Source: Eledone cirrhosa
Taxonomy: Eukaryota
DNA: 64,000 bases
Assembly: GCA_964016885.1 (NCBI GenBank)
Contig: OZ024747.1
Span: forward strand, 55,924,001-55,988,000
Direction: 5' to 3'
The notes under the pieces are model-generated. The model saw only the letters and a list, made by a program, of their open reading frames with translations, had not been told where the DNA came from and ran no database searches. A program made the position numbers and the translations under genes. Of the stretch, positions 13,159 through 25,799 are shown piece by piece. Each line of letters starts with the position of its first letter. The stretch's first letter is position 1.

Positions 13159-13444
13159 AATATATGTGTGTGTAAATATGTATGTATGTATGTACTACAG
13201 TGAATTTGTCTTAATTTCTGAGCTGAGGAATTATCATTATCATTATTCTAAACTGATTTATTTAGACTAGTGTCATCAACTTGGTTATTATAATCACATT
13301 TTGGATATTGTATCCTATGGCTATCTTCTGCTTAATCTTATATTCAATAATGTTCTCAGAACGTTGAGCCAAAACCTTTATACCGTACAGATTAATCTCA
13401 TTCTGTTGTCTATGTCACAGAAATCCTTCTATTAATTTCTAAGT

Positions 13445-13857
13445 TAGGGCAATGGCTTGATGGTGTTGGTAGAGTGTCCAACAACTTGCCTTGTGGTATA
13501 GAGTAACATCTCTTTATGTTCTGAATTCAAATTCCACTGACGTTAAGCTTTGCCTTTCATCCTTACATGTTTGATAAAATAAAGTACCAGTAATGCACTA
13601 AGGTTGATTTAATCGAATTTCACCTCACCCAAAAATGTTGGGCTTGTACCTCATTATCTAGTTATTCATAATTGTTTCTACTTTTGGCACAAGGCCAGCA
13701 ATTATCCCAATGTATTACTGGTACTTTATTTTATCGACCCCGTAAGGATGAAAGGCAAAGTTAACCTTGGTGGGATATGAAATCAGAATGGCAAGGGCCG
13801 TAACTCTATGCGTCAAAGCATAGCGTCCGACCCTCTACCGATACTGCCAATCCACCA
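13445..13857. mobile_element. Tail-to-tail pair of SINE B copies (13445-13655 + decayed; 13668-13857 -)
   Basis: Family motifs in opposite orientations; second copy flanked by TATTCATAAT. Confidence 0.8.
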
Positions 13858-14084
13858 TATTCATAATGTCACTTGGCTCTGATTGAGTCGAGCTATAATT
13901 GTAACCATTCCACTTTACCTCAGATGTGATTTGAAGGATTTTTAGTTGCTACATAAAATGGGTAAAAGACCCATAGTTGAATCAGTTAGGAAACATGTTC
14001 TAGGTTCAAGGTTGAACCTCTGCTTCAATCACAAATATAGACGCAAACAAAAACTGATGACTACATTCAAATTGATAATTATAT

Positions 14085-14445
14085 TGGATGTGCAGTGTAA
14101 ATGTGCGTGAATGACCCAGCATAAATGTGTTGAAAGAGAAACTGTGTCTGAGAGGGATAGAATGTAGTGTACGGGAGAGGAGACTGAGGTGGTATGGACA
14201 TGTGATGCGCATGGAGGATGACCGATGGGTGAAGAAGTGCCAGGAAATGCCAGTTGAAGGAAGACGTGGTAGAGGTAGACCACGAAAAACATGGGCGGAG
14301 GTGGTGAGAACAGACCTCAGATCATTGAAGCTCACGGTGGAGATGACGAAGAACCGTGACGAGTGGAGAGATGCTGTGCTGAATAAGACCCGTCCCACCC
14401 TTGCAAGCAGGGAAAAGCGGACGTAAAATGATGATGATGATGATT
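14085..14445 (+). mobile_element. RTE LINE 3' fragment, little decayed
   Basis: ORF 14127-14426 RERRLRWYGHVMRM...GRRGRGRPRKTW...RDEWR; (ATG)n tail. Confidence 0.9.
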
Positions 14446-14486
14446 GGGTGGGTTATGATTATTGTACTGTTAATCTTTATGTATAA

Positions 14487-15049
14487 CTAGACCACCTGTG
14501 ACCCGTTGGGTCACGTTCAGTTCAAAATATTTAAAAAAAAATCATGTTCACTTAAAAATAATTTTTAAATAATTAAAATATATACAGACATGTGTATAAT
14601 GTGAAATGAAACTGGAAGGCCCATATATTATCATCATTATCATTATTTTACGTCCGGTTTTCCCTGCTTGCAAGGGTGGGACGGGAACTGATTCTGGCTT
14701 GATTTCTACAGCTGGATGCCCTTCCTAACACCAACCTCATTTACAGTGAGTGCTGGGTGCCTTTTTGCTGTGGCACCACCACGACCACTTTGCAGTGGAA
14801 TGATATGGACCCCAGTCCTATCATCTCATTTCTACAGCTGAGTAAACTGGAGCAATGTGAAATAAAGTGTCTTGCTCAAGGAAACAACACATCACCCGGT
14901 CTGAGAATTGAACTCACAACCTTTCTCTAACCACTAAGCCATATATATATATGTGTGTGTATGTATATATATAAATGTGTGTGTGTGTATATATAAATGT
15001 GTGTGTGTATATATATATATATGTATGTGTGTATATATATATATATGTA

Positions 15050-15111
<62 letters not shown>

Positions 15112-15448
15112 ACAACACCACCAGCTCTCTCTCTCTCTCTTCTAGTCTCCTTCTCTGTCGCCTCTTCCTCTCTCTATGTCTCTCTTTCAATCTACTCTCT
15201 CACAACCACTATCTCTTTCTCTCTCTCCCTCTCTCTCTCTCACTCTCTGTTTATGAAGGTACCTGGAAAAACTCCATATCTCGGGAACCCGTGCACCGAT
15301 TTACACGAAACTTGTTTTATTCCATTTGTATTCGCATTTCAGGGTCAAATTCCTTTCAAAGTATTTTCCCATTATGCGCTATTTTGGCTGTATTACATTA
15401 CAGACAAGCAAGCAAGCAAGGAATCACAGACCTTTAGTATTATATAGA
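14487..15448 (-). mobile_element. Non-autonomous Helitron with nested SINE A and microsatellites
   Basis: Minus strand starts A|TCTATATAATA (15448) and ends hairpin GTGACCC-AAC-GGGTCAC (14498-14514) + GGTCTAG|T (14487); inserted in an AT dinucleotide, no TSD. Confidence 0.75.
14632..14940 (-). mobile_element. SINE family A with small deletion in the head
   Basis: Reverse complement of the family consensus. Confidence 0.9.
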
Positions 15449-15514
15449 TGATTGTAGAACTGCAAGACTGTGTCCAGTTTATTACTTTATATCACATTAT
15501 TAAAATGAGTTGGA

Positions 15515-15755
15515 GGTGAATTGGCAGTATCGGTAGAGGGTCGGACATGCTTTACAGCATAGTTACGTCGGACATAGTTACGTCCAGCATAGTTACGTCG
15601 GACATGCTTTCCAGCATAGTTACGTCCCTTTATGATTTGAGTTCAAATCCCTCTAAGGTTAACTTTGCCTGTCCTCCTTCCGGGGTCGATAAAATAAAGT
15701 ACCAGTAATGTACTGGATAATTGCTGGCCTTGTGCCAAAAAGTAGAAACAATTAT
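15515..15755 (+). mobile_element. SINE family B with internal slippage repeats and 19-bp TSD
   Basis: ATTATTAAAATGAGTTGGA on both sides; CATAGTTACGTC repeated four times in the head. Confidence 0.85.
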
Positions 15756-16503
15756 TAAAATGAGTTGGATTACATTAAATAAATCATGAATGATTATTAT
15801 GTAATCTATCTACTAAATTTCTTAGGTCTTGATTAAACATAAATAATCTTATATATAATGTATTGCTTATTTCAAGATTCACTTCTGTCAAAACTTTCAA
15901 ATGTCAACTTCCGTTCGCGTTCATCTTCTTATATATAATGATTGGGGAACTGCAAGACTTTCCATCTTCATTATCCTCTTTTTCAAATGTATTATGGATT
16001 ACTTAACTTATTACAAAAGAAAGTATAACACAGTCTTTGTTCAATTTATGTCCATATTGTCAATTTACTTTTCAATTTATGTATCATATAATATCAATAT
16101 ACACACTACACATGCTAGCAAATTACAACCCGGAGGGTGGTTCTTCTGTTAGTGTGATTAAAAAGGAAATCAGTGGTATTTAATTTTATTCCAAACAATT
16201 CATGTAATTGATGTAGTTTCTTTGAAAGTTTTAAATACAGTTAGCTTGCAAGCATACCATTGTTGTGGTTCCTTGCAATCAATAAGAAAATTGTGGCTAA
16301 TCCTGTATGCAAAATATGTCAGAAAATTGTATGAAGCAGGTGAGATGCTGGAATATTATTCATTCATGCCTTTCCAATGTAGCAAGTATGAGATAAGCAA
16401 TATCAAATATCTCCCACTTAACATTGAAACTATGTCTCATCCATCAGTTAGCTTGCTAAGATTTTTACACAGCAACTCAACACAGAAACATGCACACTAA
16501 TAC

Positions 16504-16560
<57 letters not shown>

Positions 16561-17480
16561 AAATATAGAATTTTGTGATTTATAATCTGTATACTTTGCC
16601 AAAAACATATTACATGAGCTAAAAATATAAGTGAAAATAGAAATTATTTTACATATTTTAAAAATATCTACTTTTCATCCATTTTCCATTTTTTTCTTTT
16701 TAGTTTTAATTTTTTTTCACCATTCTCTTTTTTTCTCTTTCTCTCACTGTTCTCTTGTCCCTCTCTCCCCTCTCTCACCTCCATCTCTCACTCCTCCTCT
16801 CCATCTCCTCCCCTTCCCCCTTCCCCTCTCTCTATGTAAACACTGCCAATTTAAGACAAGTTATTTATCTCTAAGAAATGTTGAAGAAATTTCTTGCAGT
16901 GAGAAGAAAATTCTTAAAATAAATCAACATGAGGTGAAATTTGTTTCATGCTTTTATTTATTTATTCATTTCTGTTATTTTTTTGCTACCATTATTATTA
17001 TTAATATTATCAAATTGGTTTTGTACATCTATCAAATTCTTCTATATTGTGAGGTGGAGACAGATGTGTCGAAAAAAAAACCCATATAGAAATGAGATTG
17101 ATAAATTCATAAAATTAATATTTAAAAATCAAAGTTAAAATAAATCTCACACACAGATACAAATAGACCTACCCAAACTCACACACAGATATACAAACAC
17201 ACACACACATACACACACATATATATATGATTTTGTATATATATATACACACATTTATTCACACACAATGATCACCCTTGCATTGGTGTTACAGACAAAG
17301 GTCACCCTGGCCTTGTTTCCATATTAAAGTGCACCCAGTACATGATGTAAAATATAATACATGAACATGACAACACTTCCAACCCATGCCACTATGGAAA
17401 TGGAATAGGGATGGCGATGATGATGATAATATATATATATATATATATCTTTATATATATTTATATATATATATATATAT

Positions 17481-17808
17481 ATCATCATCATATTTTACGT
17501 CCGCTTTTCCCTGCTTGCAAGGGTGGGACGGGAACTGATTCTGGCCTGATTTCTACAGCTGGATGCCCTTCCTAACACCAACCTCATTTACAGTGAGTGC
17601 TGGGTGCTTTTTTGCCGTGGCACCTCCACGACCACTTTGCAGTGGAATGATAGGGACCCCAGCCCCTATCATCTCATTTCTACAGCTGAGTAAACTGGAG
17701 CAATGTGAAATAAAGTGTCTTGCTCAAGGAAACAACACATCACCCGGTCTGAGAATTGAACTCACAACCTTTTGATTGCAAGGCCAATGCTCTAAGCCAT
17801 GAGCCTCC
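17481..17808 (-). mobile_element. SINE family A, full length
   Basis: Reverse complement of the consensus, inserted in (TA)n. Confidence 0.92.
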
Positions 17809-17852
17809 ATTATATATATGTATTATATATATATATATATATCTTTATATAC

Positions 17853-17901
<49 letters not shown>

Positions 17902-17915
17902 TATATATATATATA

Positions 17916-17948
<33 letters not shown>

Positions 17949-17949
17949 C

Positions 17950-18018
<69 letters not shown>

Positions 18019-18023
18019 CTTTT

Positions 18024-18080
<57 letters not shown>

Positions 18081-18165
18081 TTTTATATATATATATATAT
18101 ATATATATCTTTTTATATATATATATCTTTATATATATTTATATATATATATCTCTATATATATT

Positions 18166-18205
<40 letters not shown>

Positions 18206-18620
18206 TATTAATAAGAGGAATTCCAACTTTCTCTAATTTACTCGTTTTAATTATAATCATTTAAAATTTATAATGGTATTAGAATGAAATAGTATGGTAG
18301 AATATTAAATGTTAAGTGTTAATTGAACAAGTATTTTCATGCTTTCACAATCTTCAGGTTCATATTCTGTGGCGACAGTCAAGTTTGCAATTTTCAACTT
18401 GAAAATTGCAAACTTGACCGTCACCACACATTATGAACCTGAAGATTGCGAAAGCATGAAAGTACTTGTTCAATTAACACTTAACATTTAATATTCTACC
18501 ATACTATTTCATTCTAATACCATTATACATTTTAAAGGATTATAAATAAAACGAGTAAATCAGACAAAGTTGGAATTCCTTTTATTAATATAATCTTCTA
18601 TACACAATCATACACACCCA
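18206..18620 (+). mobile_element. Fold-back Penelope-type terminal element (~190-bp arms, 1-nt spacer at 18398)
   Basis: 18206-18397 is the reverse complement of 18399-18590 (about 12 mismatches by eye); hammerhead in each arm; AATAAA at 18545; (TA)n flanks. Confidence 0.8.
18434..18472 (+). ncRNA. Minimal type I hammerhead ribozyme motif
   Basis: TGAAC-CTGAAGA-T-TGC(GAAA)GCA-T-GAAA-GTAC-TT^GTTCA: 5-bp stem I, GNRA-capped stem II, palindromic GTAC. Confidence 0.75.
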
Positions 18621-18674
18621 TGTATATTTATCTATCTATATATATATATATATGTATCTTTATATACAAGTAAT

Positions 18675-19670
18675 ATCATCATCATCATCATCAGGTTTAG
18701 CGTCCGTATTCCACGCTTGCATGGGTTTGGACGGGGGTTTTCCCACTTGAGGCAAGAGTGGTTGTCTTGCTCGCATAGGACTGTCTGGCGGGTTTTCTAC
18801 AGTTGGATGCCCTTCCTAACACCAACCACATTTACAGTGTGGGGCTGGGAGGTTTTTACCGTGTTGCCTACACGGCCACATTACAGCGTGGACTGTCTGG
18901 CGGGTTTTCTACAGCTGGATGCCCTTCCTAACACCAACCACATTTACAGTGTGGGGCTGGGAGGTTTTTACCGTGTTGCCTACACGGCCACATTTACAGC
19001 GTGGACTGTGTGTTTTTTTTGTCGTGACACCTACACGATCTCATTTGTTTCAGCCTGGATGTTGTGGGACCAACATAACTGTACATTGAAAGGGTCGGTG
19101 TGGATGGGGTGGAGGTGGTGGGACGGGGGGGTGTTTTGATAGAGATGCCTACTGACTGTAGTAGGTTTTTACTTTGTATTTAGGTAAGGCGGGTCTTCTC
19201 TATTACTGAGTACCGCCAAAGGTCTCGGTCCAGTGACATTGTCTTGGAGAGGTGTAAGCGTATGAGGTCGGAATTTATCAGCTCGTCCCATGTTTTTCTG
19301 GGTCTGCCTACTCCGTGGCTACCGTCTATCTTTATTGCCCTGCACTTTGTTATACAGCTGTCGTCTTTCATGCGCATCACGTGACCGTACCAACGTAGCC
19401 TTCTCTCGAGTAAACAACATCTGATCCCTCTTATTTCTAATTTTTTCCTTAGTTCGTTTATGCTTTGCCGTTCACGTATATTACTATTGCACATCCAGCG
19501 GAGCATGCAAGCTTCGTTCCTCTCTAGTCTGCGTATATCCTCTGCACACAATGCCCAGGTCTCACTGCCATGCAGCATTGCTGTTCGTATGCAGGCATCG
19601 TATAACCTGCCTTTCATTTTTAGGGAGAACCCTCTAGCGGCTAATAGTGGTATAAGCTCTCTGAACTTTT
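18675..19670 (-). mobile_element. RTE LINE 3' fragment followed by a SINE-A-like 3' module (internally duplicated)
   Basis: ORF 19180-19617 KGRLYDACIRTAMLHGSETW...RLRWYGH...GRPRKTW. 18675-19040 carries the GGTTGGTGTTAGGAAGGGCATCC module twice and a (ATG)n tail. Confidence 0.85.
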
Positions 19671-19810
19671 TAATATATATATATTTATATATATATTTAT
19701 ATATATATATATATATATATGTATCTTTATATATATATAGTTATATATATATATGTATATATATATCTTTATATGTATATATGTATATATATATTTATAT
19801 ATATATATAT

Positions 19811-19876
19811 ATAGGAGAAAGTATGACCCCGACGGCAGAGCTTAAGCCGTTTCAACGGCTATTTCCATCCAGCCGT
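19811..19876 (-). mobile_element. Fragment with the 3' half of a hammerhead; same family as 49004-49195
   Basis: Minus strand CGGCT...AGCCGTT-GAAA-CGGC-TTAAGCTCT-GCCG-TC^GGGGTCA; CTGANGA box absent; inside (TA)n. Confidence 0.6.
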
Positions 19877-19887
19877 ATATATATATA

Positions 19888-20832
19888 TAATTGTTTCTAC
19901 TTTTGGCACAAGGCCAGCAATTACCCAATACATTACTGGTACTTTATTTTATCGACCCCGTAAGGATGAAAGGCAAAGTTAACCTCGGCGGGATTTGAAC
20001 TCAGACCGTAAATGGACGTAACTATGCTAGAAAGCATGGCGTCCAACCCTCTACCGATACTGCCAATTTACCGCCTTGCATAACTCTAATAATAATTGTT
20101 TTTACTTTTGGCACAAGGCCAGGATTTGAACTCGGAATGGCAAGGGCCGTAACTCTATGCATCAAAGCATGGTGTCCGACCCTCTACCGATACTGCCAAT
20201 TCAGTAGGTTAGTAAGTAAATAAGTTCACTGTGACAATAATACTGATAACAATTATCTAACATTCTTTTACTTGTTGCAATACATGGTTTGAGGCCTGTT
20301 TCAGTACCATTATTTATGCTGACGGTGGATTGGCAGTATCGGTAGAGGGTCGGACGCCATGCTTTCCAGCATAGTTACGTCCCTTTACGTCTGAGTTCAA
20401 ATCCCGCCGAGGTTGACTTTGCCTTTCATCCTTACGGGGTCGATAAAATAAAGTACCAGTAATGCACTGGGTAATTGTTGGCCTTGTGCCTAAAGTAGAA
20501 ACAATTATTTATGCTGACTGAGTTCAAATCCCGCCGAGGTTAACTTTGCCTTTCATTCTTACGGGGTCGATAAAATAAAGTACCAGTAATGCACTGGGTA
20601 ATTGCTGGCCTTGTGCCAAAAAGTAGAAACAATTATTTATGCTGGATGGTGGATTGGCAGTATCGGTAGAGGGTCGGACGCCATGCTTTGCAGCATAGTT
20701 ACGTCCCTTTATGGTCTGAGTTCAGATCCCACCGAGGTTAACTTTGCCTTTCATCCTTACAGGGTCGATAAAATAAAGTACCAGTAATGCACTGGGATAA
20801 TTGCTGGCCTTGTGCCAAAGGAGAAACAATTA
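19888..20832. mobile_element. SINE B cluster: two minus copies (19888-20200) and three tandem plus copies (20323-20832)
   Basis: Repeated consensus ending TGGCCTTGTGCC.AAAGTAGAAACAATTATT. Confidence 0.9.
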
Positions 20833-21791
20833 TTTATGCTGAGCTGTGGCCATTTAGACTAGAGCACTGCCATTTATGCTGAGTACTATCATAAGGTAAT
20901 GTTTTCTTGCATAGTAGAATGCTTCATCGTGATGTGTAAATTTGAGAGTTATTGTGTGCTTGTATGTATGAGTTTAAAAACATTTGTGCTTGTGTGTATT
21001 ATTGTGCGTTCGTGTATATTTTCTTTGTGCCTGTGTGTCTGCATGTGTTTGTATATTTTTATGCTTGCTTTTATATGTGTGTGTATCTCTCTACGTTTGT
21101 ATGTATTAGTGTTTGTGTGTGCATGTATGTATTTGATGTCTCTATGTATATGGTTGTGTGCTTTATAAGTGCATATGTTTTGATATGTATCATATGGTTG
21201 TATATGTGTGTATATATAAGTGTGTGTGTGTCTATGTGTTTAAGTATGTATGTTTTTGTTCTTGACTATAAATATGTGTATGTATGTGTTATTATTTATG
21301 CATATATCTTTTAACTATAAGACATTTAGAACATTGCGATGTGTTTTAGCTTGTGTGTACGTGGATAGGTGTATATGTGTCTGTTTTTATGTATCTGTGT
21401 GTATTTTTTTGTGTGTATGTTTTAAGTATAAGTATCTAGAACATTGTGATGCGTTAATGCTTTTATGTCTATGTGTATTTGTATATATGTTTCTGTGTAT
21501 ATTTTTGTGTCTGCATGTGTTTTTTGTGAGTATGTTTAAAGTATAATAAATTTAGAAGACACAGATGTTTCTTAAAGTTTATTCAAATATCTGATTTAGA
21601 TCTTTCAATTCTGTCATTTAGAGGACTTCATTGTCAATAGTTCTTGGATAATAGATATGTTCATAGATTCTTTGCTTCTTTAAACTTGATAATTTGAATG
21701 ACACTATTATCTTTCCTCTATTAATTATTGCAATAAGGGTCAGTCACTCTCCCTTCATCTCTCCCTCTCTCTATCTCTCTCCCTCTCTTTT

Positions 21792-21929
<138 letters not shown>

Positions 21930-22616
21930 GCACTTTTAACTTATGAGTTTTAGTTCGCAATTCAAATTTCTTTGACCTCAACTCTGTTTTTGGTTTATTT
22001 ATATAAACAAATAAAACATATCTATATTTGTTTGTCTGCCTATCTGTCTGTCTCTCTCTGCACATACATACATACATATATACATACACACACACATACA
22101 CACACATACATACACACACACACACACACATACACACATATACATACATACATACATATACACATACATAAATATACACACATACATATACACATACATA
22201 CTTATACATACATATACTCATACATACCTATACACCATGCATATACATATATACACATACATAAATACATACATATACATCATACACATACACACACATA
22301 CATACACATACATATATATTATACATATACATATACATACATATATATATCATCTCCATCATCACTTAATATCTGGTTTTTCTGCTAAAAAAGGTTGGAT
22401 GGGTTGTCACAGGCCAAGTCATGTTTGCCATAAATTGGCCATGGGCCACATCTTGCCAATATATTTTCCTGCACTTTACAGAGTGTACACGGCACATTTC
22501 TATCATGGCACCGTCTCAAGTTTTTTATTATGGCCGGTGCCCTTCCTACCTCACATACCATGTGTGTACATGTCACCATGTATACACACATTTATGTATG
22601 TATGTATGTATGTATG

Positions 22617-22912
22617 TTATCTTTTTCTCTTAATTTCGACTATATTTTTTGACCGGCCACCTTCCTGGTGGCAAGGTTGTAAAAGAAAAGAAATTGTCAT
22701 CCCTTGAATCGCAAGAATGTTTTGCAAATTTTGAAGGTGCCAGCTATCGCAGCCATTTGTAGACTATGAATTAGGGAGCTGCGCTCTTTGTCCGCAAATC
22801 CAAGTTCAGTCATACATTGGTCCAAGCGGGTTGGTATATAACCTGTAGCTCCAATAATGATGGGTATGAAGCTAAAGGTGTATCTTGGATACTGGATTTG
22901 TAAACTCCTCAT
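22617..22912 (-). mobile_element. 3' end of RLE-type (R4/NeSL-like) non-LTR retrotransposon
   Basis: LQIQYPRYTFSFIPIIIGATG...LGF...LQ..AIAGTFKICKTFL plus 3' UTR; homologous to 45200-45855. Confidence 0.75.
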
Positions 22913-23395
22913 GTATGTATATGTGTGTGTATGTATGTATGAATGTATGTCTGTTCGGCTGGTTTCATAATTTTATAAGTTTTCACCAATAGAGGGAGAG
23001 TTGGATTCTAACATAGATACAAGACTCTGTCATTAGGATTTAGACAACATCAACTAGGTAGATATGTCTGCATGTCTGCATGCATGCGTGTATTTGCAGG
23101 TATGGATGTTATTGTATGTGAGGATGTGTATGTTTTCAGTTATATATATGGGCAAAGTAACTCAGGAGAGTCAACGGCCATCCAATAATTTTTTTTTTTG
23201 TGTGGACCAAGAGACTCCTAGACATCTTTCTAGAAGGTCACTCTGATATAAAAAGCCTGAGACTTTGTTGCATCCAATAATATAGACTAGTTCTTCTTTT
23301 TAGATAAATGCATTCGATTTTCAGAGAGTGGGATTGGCTTCATGCAAAGCTTTACCTCACTTAAAAAAAGCTTCAAACATAAGCATTGCTTGATA

Positions 23396-23782
23396 ATGCA
23401 TCACAAATAATTGTTTCTACTTTTGGCACAAGGCCAGCAATTACCCAGTGCATTACTAAATAATTGTTTCTACTTTAGGCACAAGGCCAGCAATTACCCA
23501 GTGCATTACTGATAAAATAAAGTACCAGTAATGCACTGGGTAATTTGCTGGCCTTGTGCCTAAAGTAGAAACAATTATTTAGTAATGCACTGGGTAATTG
23601 CTGGCCTTGTGCCAAAAGTAGAAACAATTATTTGTGATGCATAGAGTTACGGCCCTTGCCATTCTGAGTTCAAATCCCGCCGAGGTTAACTTTGCTTTTC
23701 ATCCTTACGGGGTCGAAAAATAAAGTACCAGTAATGCACTGGGTAATTGCTGGCCTTGTGCCAAACGTAGAAACAATTATTT
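23396..23782. mobile_element. Palindromic/tandem array of SINE B tails
   Basis: 23396-23511 is inverted at 23526-23641 (each arm holds two tail copies), followed by a 5'-truncated SINE B. Confidence 0.85.
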
Positions 23783-24371
23783 ATGATGCATGGTATTTTT
23801 GGCCATAGGCAAGTCCCTAGAAGGACTAAAAGGCCACATCCGTGATGCTTATGCTTAAGTATCAAGTGATAACATTACTCGAAATTGAGTTGCAGACATC
23901 ATATATATGTATATGTATGGGTATATGTATGTACATATATATGTGTGTATGTATATGTAATTAAAACTGTCAATTGGCTTAACATGAACACAAGCAAATG
24001 CAATAACAGCCAGTCCTACTGGAGGACCTTTATGTTAAAATCATGCAAATGGGGAAATCAATCCACACAGTATCAAGGTATGACATATACATAAGGTATA
24101 CATAATGAAAACTGTCAATTGCCCTTAACTTGAATGTAACTACATGTACAGCAAAACATTGTTATCTACTATGTAATCCATAAACTCACGTTTAACCCCA
24201 ATTGTAATTTTGTACAAGGAAAAGTAAAAGTTACACACATCCTTCAAAATGATATCCCAACACTTCCAGTAAAACAATCACCAGCTTGCATCAATTGCTG
24301 GTATGGGAATGATGTACCTGATCAGAGTGCAAACATAGTATTATGATATTTCTACAATAAATGTAGTGTGA

Positions 24372-24700
24372 AGGTAAATGTGGCTTAGTGCTTAGAGAGT
24401 TGGGATTGAATTTGAGAGGTTGTGAGTTCAATTCTTGGACCTGGTGATACGTTGTTTCCTTGAGCAATACACTTTATTTCACATTGCTCCAGGTTACTCA
24501 GCTGCAGAAATGAGTTGCAACATCACTGGTGCCAAGCTGTATCAGACATTGCTTTTCAACATCAGTGGTGTGGAGAGGTGAGACAGGTATGTATGAAAGA
24601 ATGATGGTCTTCCATAAATAAATCTTGCCCAGGCTTGTGCCTCAAAAAGAAACTTTCTAGGTGCAAAATGATGGTCATTAGTGAACAATGGGGGCCTTAC
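24372..24700 (+). mobile_element. tRNA/CORE-like SINE with a different 3' body
   Basis: Head and CORE-like part match family A up to GAAATGAG, then diverge. Confidence 0.75.
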
Positions 24701-24779
24701 ATAATAAACATAGATAAATCTGGTGTTGTATGAGAAATAATAAAGAGGAGTATAGGGAAAGCCAGAAAAATGTAAATAG

Positions 24780-25095
24780 GAATATGGAGCAGCCATGCTT
24801 CATTGGATGTGCAATGTAAGTGTAAAGGAAAGGCAGAGCTTGGACAAGCTGAGAGAGAAGCTGGGTTTAAGAGGAATCCGAGGTAGTGTACAGGAGAAAA
24901 GATGTGCAAGAACAATGACCGATGGGTGAAGAAATGCTAGGAAATCCCAGTGACGACCAAGAAAAATATGGGCAGAGGTTTTGAGAGCTGACCGCAAATC
25001 ACTAAGACTGGCAAAGGAGATGATGAAGGAACAGGGTTAAGAAGAATTCATCCAAGCATGGAAAATGGACATAAAAATGATGATGATGATGATGA
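24780..25095 (+). mobile_element. Decayed RTE LINE 3' fragment
   Basis: Similar to 14085-14445; (GAT)n tail. Confidence 0.75.
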
Positions 25096-25799
25096 AATAT
25101 AAAGATGGAACTAGACTACGTTAAAATAAGAATGACAATACAAAAGAATATTTTTACCCTGAATATGTCAGGTTATGTCAAGGCTATGGCCTTCTTTTCA
25201 AATGATGAATGATGAAAAATGGAGTATCTTGCTCATGTGATCTTTTCCTAGGTGTAAGACACCCCATTTTTCTTCAGTCATCATTACAAAATAAGTTTAT
25301 AACATTGAAATATCATGAAATATGCTGGCTAAAAATATTGTTTGGTTTTGTCATTCTTATTTTACCCTATTTTGGTCCCATCCTTTTGTATTATATCATG
25401 TAGGATTTTAAGGGTCAGTCAGCCTCGTGGTCAATGTGGACTGGCTGGAAAAAAACATTGCCCTGGAGGATTGCATGGGAGATGTACTGGAACAGTCAGG
25501 CCACCTCATGGGACTCCCACTTGTAGGCAGCTAACTCTGTTCCAATAGCAGTAAGCAGAGGTATGCAACTGTTTCAAGATTCAGTGACATTCACTCACTC
25601 ATTTGAATGAATGTCACTAAATTTGATTACAGAAGAATAACATTGTAGATATGTTTTAAATATATAATAAATAACATTACAAATCACTCACAATTCGTTC
25701 AGAAGAACATTACAAATATAATCGCTAAACTGTGTATAATAACACAATAATATAAATTCATTGAACAAAAATGATAAACGAAAGAAAAAAGAAGGAAAA

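Noticed and set aside
16130-16500. Unique-sequence islands (also ~6580-6670, 41480-41560, 47580-48070) as exons or enhancers
   Set aside because: No recognisable protein motif or convincing splice pair; needs conservation or expression data.
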